Assembly: GCA_051362555.1 (NCBI GenBank)
Contig: CM120641.1
Coordinates: 16,988,001 to 17,052,000, forward strand
Direction of reading: 5' to 3'
DNA: 64,000 bases
Source: Lingula anatina
Lineage: Eukaryota > Animalia > Brachiopoda
The position numbers and the translations under genes were made by a program. The first letter of the stretch is position 1; each line of letters starts with the position of its first letter. Under the pieces are notes generated by a model. That model was not told the DNA's origin and did not search any database. It saw only the letters and a list, made by a program, of their open reading frames with translations. Below, one piece after another: positions 12,857 through 26,666 of the stretch.

Positions 12857-14003
12857 ATGTGGTCACTGTTTAGCAGGGATCCAACTAAAGATTTTCCGTT
12901 TGAAGTTGGTGAAAAAGTTTTGGGTCTCGAGGAGCAGTCAATCTGGAGCTTGCATAATGGAAAGAAAAAGGTATTCTAAGTCGGAAGAAACCCAAATCTC
13001 ACATTAAAAGTGTATTTAATCTGGTTTCTCATGATAGTTTTTGTTTGGTGTACTGCTTTTACTTGTTAGTTGCAATATGCTATGTGGTCTAGTCTATAGT
13101 GTTTGCAAAAATGCTGTCATTTTGGACCTGGACTATTTATACTGGTACCAATAACTCTGCTTATAATTTATTGCAGACGCCCATAACCACAGTTATTCAA
13201 TCAATTATAGGGAAATTGATGTATTTTGTTGACTATTTGAATTACACTTAAAAAATTTAACCATGTCATTGCTTTAGAGTACTGGTGAGCTGGTCTCCAT
13301 CTTTGTTTTTGATGTTAAATCAAGCAGTGACTCACAGGTAAGATTGCATGATCAGGTTATACATGTATATTAAGTCATGTAGTGATCATGAACCAATAGA
13401 TCTATCCTTGGCTATTAGACACATGATATAGCAGTGGGGGAAAACAAAGAAAAAGACATAGATTGTCATACACATTTAATAAAATTTAGAGAAATGGATG
13501 AATTAATCTTCAATTCAGCTAATAAAAGAAATATATTTTCCTATGTGTTTTTACATGAAAGCATGGTGATATCATTTAAATGAAATACATTTAAAATGAC
13601 TTTCTTTTAACTGATGATGTGAACTCTTTCCAGATTTATTATATTACTTAAGAAATCTCAGTGGCAAATAGATGAATATTCAAGACAAAATTTTCCATGA
13701 CACTGTTTTAGAAACTTGATGTGATTTTAGTCAGCTTTCTTATTTATGTCAGGTTCAACTTGCAAAGGCATCTTTTAAAAGGATAAAAACATTGAGGCAT
13801 CCAAACATTTTGACTTTTATGGATGGTATAGAGGCAAGTACATTCAGCCCTTGTTAACACCAGTTTTCACGTAGTGTTTGCTTGTTGAATATATTGCTTC
13901 TGTAAGAAATATAAGATATCAGTTTGGAAAGAACATTTCACTTTAATAGATATAATGCATTTTATTAGCAAGAGCATGCATATTATACTTTGTGTTTTGC
14001 ATG

Positions 14004-14060
<57 letters not shown>

Positions 14061-17000
14061 GAATTGATTTTGTTGGCCTTTTGTTAAACCATTGATATTG
14101 TTGTTTGTAGACAGACAAGGTTATCTATGTTGTGACAGAGCATATTGTTCCACTGGAGACATATCTGAGAGAAAACACAGGGGACAACAGTCAGAACAAC
14201 TTGGCTATTGCCTGGGGCTTGCATCAGATAGCTGTGAGTCAAGTCTATGAAATTTTATTTTATATATACTATTGCCTAACATAAGATATGTAGCACTTTG
14301 GAATCAAGTAAATACTACATTTCTTTGAGGATCTTCTTTAATGGAGTACATTTTTATGCATCGTCAGGTCTTGGAACTATATTGAATTAGGTTTTCTTGA
14401 AAGGAAATCATGCTGTTTTTAAAAGATAGAGTGATTCCCCCCCCCCCCACACACACACACACACACCCTAAAAGAAAAAGGATTCACCTAAGGTATTGTT
14501 TAAAAGATATGGTCACTTGTTTGATTTAAAACCAATTATGGGCATTTATTTTTATGTTCGTTCCCAGAAAGGGCTAAGTTTCTTAGTCAATGACTGCAAC
14601 CTAATTCACAACAATGTGAGTATGGTGTCAGTATTTGTGGACAAAGCAGGCGAGTGGAAATTAGGGGGAGTGGACTACATGTATCCAGCTGAGGGACCAG
14701 AAAGCTTACCCCCTGTCAAAATACTGCCCATTTTAGAAAAATATGATCCACCAGAAAAGGCAGATTTTAGTGGACCACGGAAAAAGAAAGGAGAAAAATG
14801 GTGAGATTGACTGTAAATACTACTGCAACTGGTTAATGTAATGTCACTTTCTGGATATTTTAATGGTTCAGCCAGAAAAATACTATAGTGTTATTGTGTT
14901 TTAAAAAAGTTGAAGATTTGCTCTGATTTCACAGGTCCACAGATTCATGGGGATTAGGTTGCCTTATTTGGGAAATATTTAATGGTCAGCTGCCTAGAAC
15001 CAGCTCTTTGAAGTCAACTGGAAAGGTACTCAATATCGGCATTAAATAAATGTTTTAGTTTGGCATATTTAGATTTTATTTTGAGCACCCGCAAAGCATG
15101 TGTGGGGAATTGAATGTCTGTGAAGATTGAATCCACTTATTTTAGTTTATTAAAAGCATCTGACACAAGCAGTTGAAAATCTCTGATGTTGAATATAAAA
15201 TAGGATTCATTTTTCTAAAACGTAACAGTAACTCTTCTTATACTATGGTCCACAAAATTTTAAGATTCTAGCAATAATACTTGACAATGTTGCTTATAAG
15301 CTTATAGTTAATTTTCATTTCCAGATTCCCCAAAATCTAGTTGCCAACTACTGTGAGCTTGTGGGAGCAAACCCTAAGTCAAGGCCAAATCCCTCAAAGT
15401 TTATACAAGACTGCAGGATAAAAGGAGGGTTTATGTGTAATAGTTTTGTGGACACCATGTTATTTTTAGAAGAAATACAGGTATGATGACTTGTTAGATG
15501 AGGCAATGTTGGGGGAAATTAATGTTTATAAAATCTTTCTTTCAGTCTCAGTTTACAGATGCGTTGTGAGTTCAGTAAAGAACGTGTTTAGTTAGCAAAA
15601 TTATGTTTGGTCAGTGAACTTTGATGTTGATTAAAAATGATATATCAGAATAATGTGTTTTGCCACAGCAGGTTTGGTAGCACTTTGAAGTAGCTTGCCA
15701 AATAGAATGAAATATCTTCTTTTATTTGTTTCAGATAAAAGACCAAACAGAAAAGACTCAATTTTTCAGCAAATTACCAGAGTCATTAGATTTATTTCCC
15801 AAGGAATTTTGTAAACATAAAATCCTACCACAGCTTCTAAATGCCTTTGAGTTTGGGAATGCAGGTTCAGCAGTATTAACTCCATTGTTTAAAGTGAGTG
15901 TCATTTCTGAAGCTTCTCTCCAAGCTTTTGTGTCATTTGTTTTGAACTTTAGTTATAGGCTTTTGTAGGAAAACAGCTCAGACTTAAAGTAGATGGTTTA
16001 AGTAGTGAAAACAAACATTTGGAGTTGTGAGAAAATACCTGTGTAATAGCATTGCTTTGATATATACTATTCTTTTATCTGTCTTGTAGCTGAGTCTTAA
16101 GTAGTAAATATTTTTATTCTAATATTCATAATATGTTCAGTTCATGCATTGTTTTCTTGCAGATTGGCAAACTTCTTGACCAAGAAGAGTATCAGAAAAA
16201 GATTGTGCCCTGTGTTGTAAAATTATTCTCATCTACAGATAGAGCTACTAGAGTCAAAATGTTACAACAGGTATTTTATGCATTGTATCAGTATAGATGA
16301 AAAAATTATGTAGTAAAAGAAAATTTTGATATAATGTCAAATGTTGAAATTATTGTTCCATACAGGTAAATATTTATTTAATTTTAAATATTTAAATTGT
16401 TGAACTCTAAACAGTTGCAAGATCATTTAGAGTCGGGTATGATTTTATGAAGAAAAACGGTTTGAAGGGTCCTTGTCATGTCTTCCAACATACAGTAACC
16501 ATGTATTTCCAAACAAAATTAATTCAATTAACCTCCTCTCTGTCACACACATCCACATACACAGGAAGAAAGCTCAAATTTAGCACTTTCTTGAACTGTA
16601 CACAATTGAACTGTACACAATTTCCTTATATACTGTTTCTGCCAACTAAACCAGACAAAAGCTTGATAATTTACAATGTACATTTCAGCTGGAACTTTTT
16701 GCAGACTTCCTGTATCCACCCACAGTGAATGAGAAAATCTTTCCCAGTGTCATTCAGGGATTCATGGATACAAATCCAGTAGTTAGAGAACATACTATTA
16801 AAGTGAGTGATATTGTTTCATTTCATTAAAAATTATATAATTATTTAATCCATCCCATGCACTGAAGTAGATTTTTATCACTTATTTACAATGTGTTGTG
16901 CATGTGTTCATGTTGTGAATCTTCATTATTTTAGATAAAAGATATTGTTTTGTCCATTTCTAGGCCATGTTGTATTTGGCATCCAAACTGAATTACAAGA

Positions 17001-20000
17001 ACCTCAATGAAGAGCTGATGAAACACTTTGCAAGACTACAATCAAAAGATGACCAGGTCAGTTAAGCAAGATTGGTCAACACACCTCAGCAACACAAAAT
17101 AGTCGAAAAAAAATTAATATGCTTTTGAGTTGTGTATGTCCTTGAGTGACAGAAATCCAGGCATGCTTTTCCTGGAGTTTACTTATGTCAGTGTTTATAC
17201 ATATTTTACAAAACAACGTTTACAGTGACTGTGGCTAGATAAGATTGTTTTAAACTATCAGGCTGTTAAAGTGTGTTGTATTTGTTCAATAGGGAGGCAT
17301 CAGGACCAACACTACAGTGTGTTTAGGCAAGATAGCCTGTCATCTTGACCCGCAGGTAAATACAATTATACAGATATTTTCACAAATCAATGTAAGATTG
17401 ATGAAAAATAATAGAATTTTTAAAACAATTTTCGAAGAAAATTATCTTTACAAGTGACAAAAAGTTGGCTTAGCTAGGTAAAGAAAAAAGTCTGCCATGC
17501 ATCAATTCAATTAAAGTATGTTATGTTGTCTTTAGATCCGCCAGAAAGTATTGCCATCAGCCTTTCTCAGAGCTCTGAAAGACCCCTTTGGGCCTTCGCG
17601 GCAAGCAGGCATTCTAGCTATGGCAGCATGCCACAATTTCTTCTCTCTCAAAGACTCGGCCACCAGACTTCTACCAGCATTATGTGTTTCAGCAGTGGAT
17701 CCTGAGAAGGGAGTAAGAGACCAGGTGAGTTCAAAATAACTTAATTTTTTTCTTTTGACTCACGTTATAAAGCTAATAACAAAATTGTTTGAAAACTGAA
17801 GAGTGATTGAGTGTTCAGTGGGAGTGAAATGTGATTTATAGTCTGTAAATGCACTTCTAACCTCACTTTCTTCACTCAGGTATGAGGTATTTTCTAACCA
17901 AAGTAATTTGGATTTGAAATATAAGGCAAAAGTAGATTTCCTCCTGAATAAAGATGATATACATAACACTGAATATCTGTATCTTCAGGCTTTCAAGGCC
18001 ATCAAATGTTTCCTTGGAAAGCTGGAGAAGGTATCAGAACATCCAGAAATGGAGCAAGAGTTAGGTAAGAAAATTAGTATCATAGCAAATTATAATATGA
18101 AAATGAATTTCACAAAAGTTGTACAATCATATATTAATGCCAATGACCTCAACTATTCTAGGTTTGAAAATAATATAGAATTCTAAGACCTTGGTTCAGA
18201 ATATTTTGTAACCTTACCATAATGTGATTCCAGAGAAGGACCTGAATGCTGGTGGGTCAGCAGTGACCAGTGGATGGACAGGCTGGGCAGTCAGTGGCAT
18301 GTCCTCTCTGACGTCTATCACTTCAAAAATTTACAAGGGAAGAGGCAAAGGGAATGCTGCTGTTCCTGCTACTTCTCAAGGTATTTGCATGAGTAATGCA
18401 CACTTTTGATTTCTTTCTGACTGTACACACTTTCAAAGCTTACAGTTATGCCCTAATATATATATATTTTTTAATTCTTCACAGATGTGTAGTGGTTAAA
18501 TTGTTGGAGTGTATGATTGCTCTTTTACTGGTACAGATGCTTGGTGCCATTTTCTAATTATCACAGTGTAATTAGTATGCATATAAGATCAATCACAACA
18601 GACCCTTGTGTGAAAAATAGATGACTGTTATATAAAGAATATTGTTAATACAGCAACTCCTGCAAGTGCCAGTAATCCACCAGCTTCAGAGCCAGCTGTT
18701 CGTCCAGCATCCCAAGACAAGCCACCAACTCCTGCAGCGCCACCTAGCAGCCATAATAATGAGCCTGCAGAAGAGTCTGGGTGGAATGATGAAGGGTGGG
18801 GAGACATGGATGTGAGTAGATTTAATTATTGCAATCTTGAAATGAAGTATTGTCTGTTTATACATATATTCAGTTGACAAAATGATATACTATGTTAATG
18901 AAAAAACACTTTGGTTAACAGTATCTTCAGATATGGGAAATAGATACCAAAAGCCTTTCCTGTTGAAATTCTTGACTAACGGGCATATCTGATGCTGGCA
19001 GAACTTAAGAATTACTCTGTGCACAAAGACTGAACATTAATGCCCATGCTATAACTTATTGTATGTGATATATCTTGATGTTAGGATTTTGATGAGGATG
19101 TGGCTGTAAAGGAAAATGAAGATGGAGATGACTGGGATAATGAAGAGTGGGGAAGTTTAGAGGACACATCTCCTGTCTCCACTAGACAGCAGGTTAGGCA
19201 TATTTGTTTACTGCACTGCATGGGTTCTGTAGCATGTAGTTATTGTTTGGGGCAATAATTAGCATATAAGTATATGATAGAAAGAATAAGTTAATATCAT
19301 AGCAAACAGAATTGTTCTGATAAGTATGAACATTAAGAATATTATTTGATTAAATAAGATTTCTTCTATGAAGTATAGATATGCTGATGCTACCAATTTG
19401 ACCACTGTATATAAAAAGAATAAAGTGATACAGCACGTACTGTAGTAAATGTGATTGTGGAAGTTGTGTTTTATTTGATTTCTGTTTGATCTACTTCTTA
19501 GGAACAAACATCTGGAATGAGAAGTGGCATGTCATTAAGCTCTGCACCCAAGCAACAGGCGTCAGCATTTGATGACTGGGGAGTAGATGACTTTGCTCCA
19601 ATAGAGGACGCCTCTGTAGCTCCAGCAAGCTCCTACAACTGGGGAGTCCAAGATACAGCCGATGACTTCTTTTCTACTTCTCTAGGCGTTCAGTCTCAGG
19701 TTGGTCCTACTATTTAATATATTTCAATATATTTCAATAACATCGTTACAGAAAAAGATGTTGATGTGAAACAGAAATGATTCTCACTGTTGATTCATAT
19801 TTACCATAAAACTCAGTTGAAGAGTAAACCTAGTAAAGTTTAATAATATTTTTTTCTTTTTGAATCCAGAAACCCAAGTCTCACAGTTCGCAGAGCTCTG
19901 GGTCTCGTCCATCTTCCACCAGATCGTCAGTAGAGAGACAGGCTAGGTCCAGTCCAGCAAGAACAACCCCGTCATCAACAGCTGTTAAAGATAGTGGCTG

Positions 20001-20454
20001 GGAAACTGGAGGAGGAGGAGGAGGCTGGGACGATGATGGGTGGGGAGGTGACACCTGGGAGTCTTTAGAAAATACAGGTAGGTAGAACCTTGAAAGTTCC
20101 AATGATTATAGGTTTTGCCAGAAAAACAAAATGATCTTCTTTGATAGGTGGGATAATTTAACTTTTATGAATCCTAACAAATAAAACTCAAGTTGCAGAA
20201 ATCATGTATTTACTGGATGTAAGAGTTAATTCACTATCCATCATGTGCATAGACTAGAAAACACGTTAATGAGCTCTGCACTGTGTATGTTTATCAAACA
20301 CTGATCTTCTTTCTTAGATAATAAGGCAGATATGGCAAGAAGAAAAAGAGAAGAAAGGAAACTCCAGAAACAGAAAGAACTACAGGAAAAACGTGCCCAA
20401 AGACAAGGCACTGGTGCTATGAAACTTGGTGCAAAAAAACTGGGTCTAGATTGA
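12857..20454 (+). CDS. SCYL1: SCY1-like pseudokinase 1 (N-terminal kinase-like protein), about 20 coding exons
   Basis: Starts [15 protein letters not shown]. Contains [12 protein letters not shown], pseudokinase segment [24 protein letters not shown] (no HRD/DFG), HEAT-repeat region ([27 protein letters not shown]), GWTGWAV, an acidic DDW-rich region and C-terminal [11 protein letters not shown]. Exon starts approx. 12857, 13278, 13753, 14111, 14568, 14935, 15325, 15735, 16163, 16689, 16964, 17293, 17536, 17989, 18233, 18654, 19085, 19502, 19870, 20319. Confidence 0.95.
14006..14056. repeat. (TA)n microsatellite (others at about 6613-6650 and 26603-26663)
   Basis: Read directly. Confidence 0.95.
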
Positions 20455-21426
20455 TAATACCCTCCAAATTGGATAGATAATTGAGAGTAGTCATAATTTT
20501 CAGACCTTTAAAACCTAGTATTGCCCACAAAAATGCACCTTATTCTTTTCATGAGGTGACTATGTAAAATACTAGGTTTTACAAGGGCTGAATAAAAAAA
20601 CAATTTTCCTCTATGAAGATGATCGACAACATCATAGAATTGTTGAACAGGCAAAGTAGGTGGGTTTTCATAACAAAGATGTAAGCTGAGCAGACTTCAC
20701 TCTTAGAAGCAGGAACATTTTTGTGTGTTAACACGAAGAGTTATGAGTAATAAATAAATAAGCACGGAATTTGGAGACAAATGAAGCAGTGGCCAACTAG
20801 GAAATGACCTAAAACAATGTGATACTTGCTGCTGCTAAACAATGCAAGCTTAAGTGTCCCAGTCTCTGATGTTGACACTTGGTTGTAGATATAACCTTTT
20901 TTTAATGATATGTGATTTTAAAGTAAAAATCATTATGATTGCAACTTTTATTTTTAAGTTATATATTTTAACCAATCTTCTGTCCTTTAAATGGTAAAAC
21001 AAAGAACTCTTTGACTTTCCTCTACTATTAGCAGTCAACAATAATCAGCTTGGAAAGTGAAAAATTAGACATAGAAACACAACATAAAAAGAGTAAATGA
21101 GGTAAAGGAGTATTTAAATGTATATCTTTATATGCTCAATAAAGATTTTATTTATCACCGGACTTGTTACATTTATGTATTAGACGTAGTGCAGAAAGTT
21201 GACATGAGGTCTTCAAACACTTGTGAGTTATTCTTTCTGAGAGTCATAGTATTAAAATTAAAACAATTTTTGATACATGAAATCTGTTTTTAAGATCTGT
21301 TGATGCATTTCAATAGAAGAAAATGATGTTTACTGGCAGGTGTTTTCTCCGTCTGCCAATACGCATCCCTCCTCTATTGGAACTCTATATTATCCCTATA
21401 TACAATATACAAAGAAATTTAGTCAA

Positions 21427-24330
21427 CTACATTTTATCAACATGTACTTTTAAATGCTTCAAAGGTTTGGCCGGCAAGGTGCCTCGAACTTTCTCCCAAA
21501 ACATTGTACAGCCTTTGTGGAGAAATGTGTTAGTTTTTAAGTAAATACCTACCATGTTTTCTTTTGCCAAAAGATTTGAATCGAGATCTGACAATTTCAC
21601 AACAACCAATCGTCTACACCGATCTTTCAGACTCTGCTGGTGTGCCATTGCAAACTCAAACACACACCACTCACTGTGAAGATAAGAATCAGACAATAAT
21701 GTCAGCGTCCGGCGACTTTTTTCAACTGCGTTTGCTATGTTATCGGCTATATATTCGCCTGGCAAAAAATCTCGCTCGTGAATGCATAACTTGTATCCCC
21801 ATTCTGTTTCCATTTTCTGTATAATAACATTGCGAACAAAGACACTGTCGTCATTGCTGTATGATATGAAAATGTCATAATCCTTGTCCGTGTCGCTGTC
21901 ATCGCGTGAAAATTGCTTATAACGATTGTAAATAAGTACTTCTACCTCAGTTCTGTAGAAAAACGTGATAGCGACTAACGCAATAAACACAGCCAGCACA
22001 ACCAATACAACAGCAAGAGCGACAACGTTAAGTATGAATTTCGTTTTGTCACATTGTTCAGTGAAATCGAAGTTTGTAAGTGTAGTGTCGTTGCAGGTGG
22101 CTATGAATGTTAAATTTCGTTTTATTATCCAGTCTTGTATCCAACGCTGAGAGCAATCACAATGCAAACTGTTACCTTTCAGACTAACCATCGACAAAAA
22201 AAGAAGACTGTCGAATGTTCCTTCAACCACTTCAGCTATGCCATTTCTGTCCAAATTGATATATTGAAGTTTTGGAAACGCTGTAAAACTGCTATTAGAA
22301 ATAGATCCAATGTTGTTGTCTGCGGCCTGTAATTCCTGTAGATCAGAAAACAATGTCGTTGACGGAAAAGTTTCCACTTGGTTTCTATTAACATAAAGTC
22401 GCTTCGTAGATGAAGGCAGGGAAGCAGGAAAGCCCGTAAGTTGACTATCGCTACAGTTGGCAGTATGAACTAATGCCTTGCCTTCCTTCGTTCTGAAACA
22501 TCTACAGTTCCTAAAACAGTCCCTATGGTGCTCACAGGATACTTTTCGAATAACAGTTTCATAATGTAAAATGTTGACGTTTCTGAGTGCAGAATTTCCA
22601 TCACACGTCAAAGTTAGATCCTGCAAAAACCCGAACTGTCGCAAAGCGTGTAAAGTGGCTATGGTTTCACAGTCGCACTGTATGTGATTATCTCTCAGTG
22701 ACAGGCGTAGGTTCTCTGCACCTGAGAGATAGGACAAGAAGGAAACATCTTTGATTTCATTTTCAGCTAAGTTTATAAAGTCCAAGTGGTCAAAGAACCC
22801 CGGATCCAAACGGGTTAACAGATTATTTTTGACATTTAGATAGCGAAGGTTTTTCCAAGCAACACGTTCACTGGACACAGTGGATATTTTGTTATCCTCA
22901 ACATTAAGTCGTTGTAAATTCGGAAACGTTACATTTAACAGACGTGGGATATCTTCGAGAAGATTATGTCCCAAATCCAGTCTCCAAAGACTGGGCACAT
23001 TAGACAGTGCCGGTTCCTTCATGATAACGGACCGAATTGAGTTGAAACTGAGAAATAATTCTCGCAAGGATCTGTATCCAACAATTTCATTCAAATCCAG
23101 AGCTTGCAAGTAGTTGTGACTGACGTTCATAATCTCCAGTCGAATTAGATCGGTTGTAATTAACTCCGAAATGGACGTTATTTCATTGTAACTCAGATCC
23201 AAGAAATTAAGATTTGGCACCGTTTTGTTTGTGAGTGCGACGACTTCACTTCTGTTTTCTCTGTCGAAACCACTGGATATAGAGTTATAAGCTAAAAATA
23301 AAACCTTTAAGTTTGTAAAATTTTTAAAATCTTTCCTTCTTAATTTTCGAATATTACTGTTTTTCAGTATTAGAGTTTCTAGTTCAACTTGACTCTGCAT
23401 ACATTTCAGTAACATGTCTGCGTTCGGAAGCACATTAAAAGCCGCCAAAGTTTTTAGTATGTGGTGCAAAGCGCAATCTTTAGTGTCTTTTAACTCCACT
23501 GAGTTGAGGTGTAAAGACCTCAGAGTGTTACCAGGGATGCTATTCAGAACATGAATGACATCCGAAGACTTCCCCATGGTAAGCGATTCAAGATGCTCGA
23601 GGCATCCCAGGCTGTAGTTATAGGTGTTAGATATGAAAGTTTGATGAAGATCCAAGTAAGTGGCGTTCAAAAAGGGCTTAAAGAAAGCGTCACATGGATT
23701 TGACACTGTAATATTCATTGATATATCCAACGTTCGTAAACGAGGAAAAGATGCGTTTACTCCCCATGGCCACCGATGAAAAGGTTGATATTTTAACGTC
23801 TGGGTCCCGTACTCAAACGCTGGCAAATGAATATTAAGATATTCTAATTGAGGAAAATGCCCAAACACCGGATACTCAATTATACGAGTGGGATCAAAAT
23901 AGCCATTATGATTTTCTGGCCTTTCTTCCCGTATAACTAAACGATTAAGTTTTCTGAGATGAGAAAATGCACCATGTCCGATTACTTCAATGAAGAACCG
24001 ACGGCTTGTGATGATTGTTAATGTTTCTAGATTAGAGAAGTGTTCAAGTTCTATGTAGCTCCGTCCCGTGGTCAAAATATCTGTCTGGCGCACTATCACC
24101 AAGAATCTTTGGTACGAGGCGGTGAGCATTTGAGCGCGAACTGTAAGGTGGAGGGTATTCATAGCAGTTTCTTTTGTCACATTCACCAATCGAGTTGTGT
24201 AATTTTTCTCCAGGTATTTGCATGATATAGCGTCTTTGTTGCAGAGGCAATTTGAAGGGCAGCTCCCCCAGCAGAGCGATTCCAACCATGCTGATAGGAA
24301 GAAGACGGTCAGCAGAGTAGTGTAGGCCAT
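21427..24330 (-). CDS. Toll-like receptor, multiple-cysteine-cluster (protostome/Toll) type, single coding exon, 967 aa
   Basis: Signal peptide; LRRNT (CPSNCLC); many LxxLxLxxN repeats; LRRCT (CDC...LTC); second LRRNT (CFRNCRC); further LRRs; LRRCT (CDCSQRW); TM helix; TIR domain (YDIFISYS, LCIHERDFLPG, SEWCVFEF, FWEKV). An acceptor at about 24412 implies non-coding 5' exon(s). Confidence 0.95.
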   Translation of the reverse strand: MAYTTLLTVFFLSAWLESLCWGSCPSNCLCNKDAISCKYLEKNYTTRLVNVTKETAMNTLHLTVRAQMLTASYQRFLVIVRQTDILTTGRSYIELEHFSNLETLTIITSRRFFIEVIGHGAFSHLRKLNRLVIREERPENHNGYFDPTRIIEYPVFGHFPQLEYLNIHLPAFEYGTQTLKYQPFHRWPWGVNASFPRLRTLDISMNITVSNPCDAFFKPFLNATYLDLHQTFISNTYNYSLGCLEHLESLTMGKSSDVIHVLNSIPGNTLRSLHLNSVELKDTKDCALHHILKTLAAFNVLPNADMLLKCMQSQVELETLILKNSNIRKLRRKDFKNFTNLKVLFLAYNSISSGFDRENRSEVVALTNKTVPNLNFLDLSYNEITSISELITTDLIRLEIMNVSHNYLQALDLNEIVGYRSLRELFLSFNSIRSVIMKEPALSNVPSLWRLDLGHNLLEDIPRLLNVTFPNLQRLNVEDNKISTVSSERVAWKNLRYLNVKNNLLTRLDPGFFDHLDFINLAENEIKDVSFLSYLSGAENLRLSLRDNHIQCDCETIATLHALRQFGFLQDLTLTCDGNSALRNVNILHYETVIRKVSCEHHRDCFRNCRCFRTKEGKALVHTANCSDSQLTGFPASLPSSTKRLYVNRNQVETFPSTTLFSDLQELQAADNNIGSISNSSFTAFPKLQYINLDRNGIAEVVEGTFDSLLFLSMVSLKGNSLHCDCSQRWIQDWIIKRNLTFIATCNDTTLTNFDFTEQCDKTKFILNVVALAVVLVVLAVFIALVAITFFYRTEVEVLIYNRYKQFSRDDSDTDKDYDIFISYSNDDSVFVRNVIIQKMETEWGYKLCIHERDFLPGEYIADNIANAVEKSRRTLTLLSDSYLHSEWCVFEFAMAHQQSLKDRCRRLVVVKLSDLDSNLLAKENMVGIYLKTNTFLHKGCTMFWEKVRGTLPAKPLKHLKVHVDKM

Positions 24331-26599
24331 TTTCTGTTGCTCATCCCTGACTCATTTAGTATCTATACACTCATCATTGTAAATATAGTGTCTGAGAAAA
24401 CTGTTATTCGTCTGAAAGAAAATAAGTATATCTAAAACTAAGCTAGGAACGACTGCCATTGTGACCCTTCTCTAAAGACGAATCCCTGATAAAAAAAAGT
24501 CGAATGCATATATGGCATTTCTGTTTAATTGTCTCTATAACAAGTAATAGAATAGGTCAACATATCCTAACATGAAGTTAAAAGTGAAAAAAGTAGTTTC
24601 AAAATTGAGAAAAATTAGTAGATTTTTTATTATTTACTTTATAATATATGTACGATCAAACGATTTAAATTTGAAACAAGGCAAGGGTGAGATCAATCGT
24701 TTGTTGTCCTTCTATATATTTCAAACTAATTATGCTGTAAAGGCGATACAAGTATTATAAAACCATTCACAGCCAGCTTACTTTTCACTTGTGTACGTTG
24801 CTCCTTCAGGGTAGGCCTATCTGTCTTTTTAACCTGTTTACTAATACAGTGGGCCATAATTATGCTGATGAGTTTGATATTTAAGTAAATGGTACTTGTC
24901 ACGCGATCTTTGCGTACGCCTCAGACTTATACATGTAGTCTCAGTAGCTCCATATCAGGCGTAAATACAATCATGTCAAATTAATTTCATGTTCCCAAAG
25001 AACTTCGTACTTCAACTTGTTGGATTAGATGAAACGTGTATTTTTTACAATCCCACAGATGAAGAAATACAAATGACTCGAAAGCACTTATCTTATAGTC
25101 CTCTGATTTGCACACACATCTACTCACCTGCCATCGTTTCCGTTCATTCCTTTACTGAACTAATATGGATACGTATAAACAATGTACATGTATGCTCACC
25201 CAAAAGGTTTATCTGCGTGACACATGCCCTACGTTTGTCTTGTTGTCGCCTGTTCTTCAATAAACGCGTACGAGCACGGTGAATCAGGGGAAAATAAATT
25301 TGTGACGCAAATGTAAAAGAATATGTATTTCCTCGTGTAAGGTTGCGGGTATAGGGTAATCAACATTGACTTGTAAAGTGAGATATGCATGTGTGCTATT
25401 TCGAGTGCCATTGGTGTCTCGTCATTGGAGTAGTCAGCATATATATCACTAATTTAATGCCCATCATTGTCTGAGTAGAATGCTTAATAGTGGTCTACAT
25501 CGGAGAGTAGTAGCGTACGGTGCCTATCCTTGCATTGAGGAAGAGAATTGAGCTCTCATGTATTAAACACAAGGATTCCTGACACGTATAAATCTATACA
25601 TTGGATAAATGAAATAAAATTATTTCTATTTTCGTAAACGATTGTTAAGCAACGAGTTTTGATTAATTCTAGAATTTTAAGTGTATTAAGGGATTTTGGT
25701 TTTTTAAAGCATAAGGTTCCAAAGGTGAAATAGACTGATTTTCTGGGGGAACATACGTTGGGACTGTGTTAAAAGGCGTTGTTTTTCGAACAAAATTTCT
25801 CTTATTCGTGTTCTTCACGGTTGTATATCATTCAGTTCACTTAACAACAATAACAAAGACGACATTATAAACAACAGCGCTAACAACAATGATGTACTTT
25901 CCACATATCTCTCATTGTTTTGTTTTCAAGTCGTTAATGATTATTTGTTAGCATTTATGTAGCAAAATAGGCATAACAAATATTTTGGTATTATCATTAG
26001 AAAAATAGATACATGTAAACAAATTAATAAAAATAAAAATACAATAATGCCGATAATAATAAGAAGGCAAACGTAAATATACATTTTGTGAACAGATACC
26101 TGTAGTTGAGTAAAAAAATATGTTTGATGAAATAGGGGCCTAAACTCAAATGAAAATAAATGAAGCAAAATATAAACTGTACCGTAGAAGTTTGGGTGGA
26201 CGCTCTTGGTGAAGTTATGATGGAGGTGACTTCAGGATGACTACAGGCAGAGTGACGTTGGTTTTAAATAATTGGGGTGGTATCTGTGCAATGTACATTG
26301 TTTTTTATTTTAAAATTACCACTTTCTTTTATGATGTTACGCCATAAAAGAGAAATCTGAACACGGCAGATAGCGGTCCCATTGCAGCAGATGTGACAAA
26401 ATGTAAATGCGTCGGTTGTGCTGAGGCGAGAACGAGGCAATAACAAGATGTCGATGTTTTGACATGTGCTTACAGTAGCTACGATTGTTCATGAACACAC
26501 CATTCTCGTGGTTTTGATATTAATAACAAAAGGTATGCGTTTTGCTTTGCTGCTACTCCGGTTTATTCTGTTATGATTCAGTAAATAACTTTAGTGCAA

Positions 26600-26666
<67 letters not shown>

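Noticed and set aside
21323-24289. Short ORFs overlapping the TLR
   Set aside because: They are antisense or alternative-frame shadows of the real CDS.
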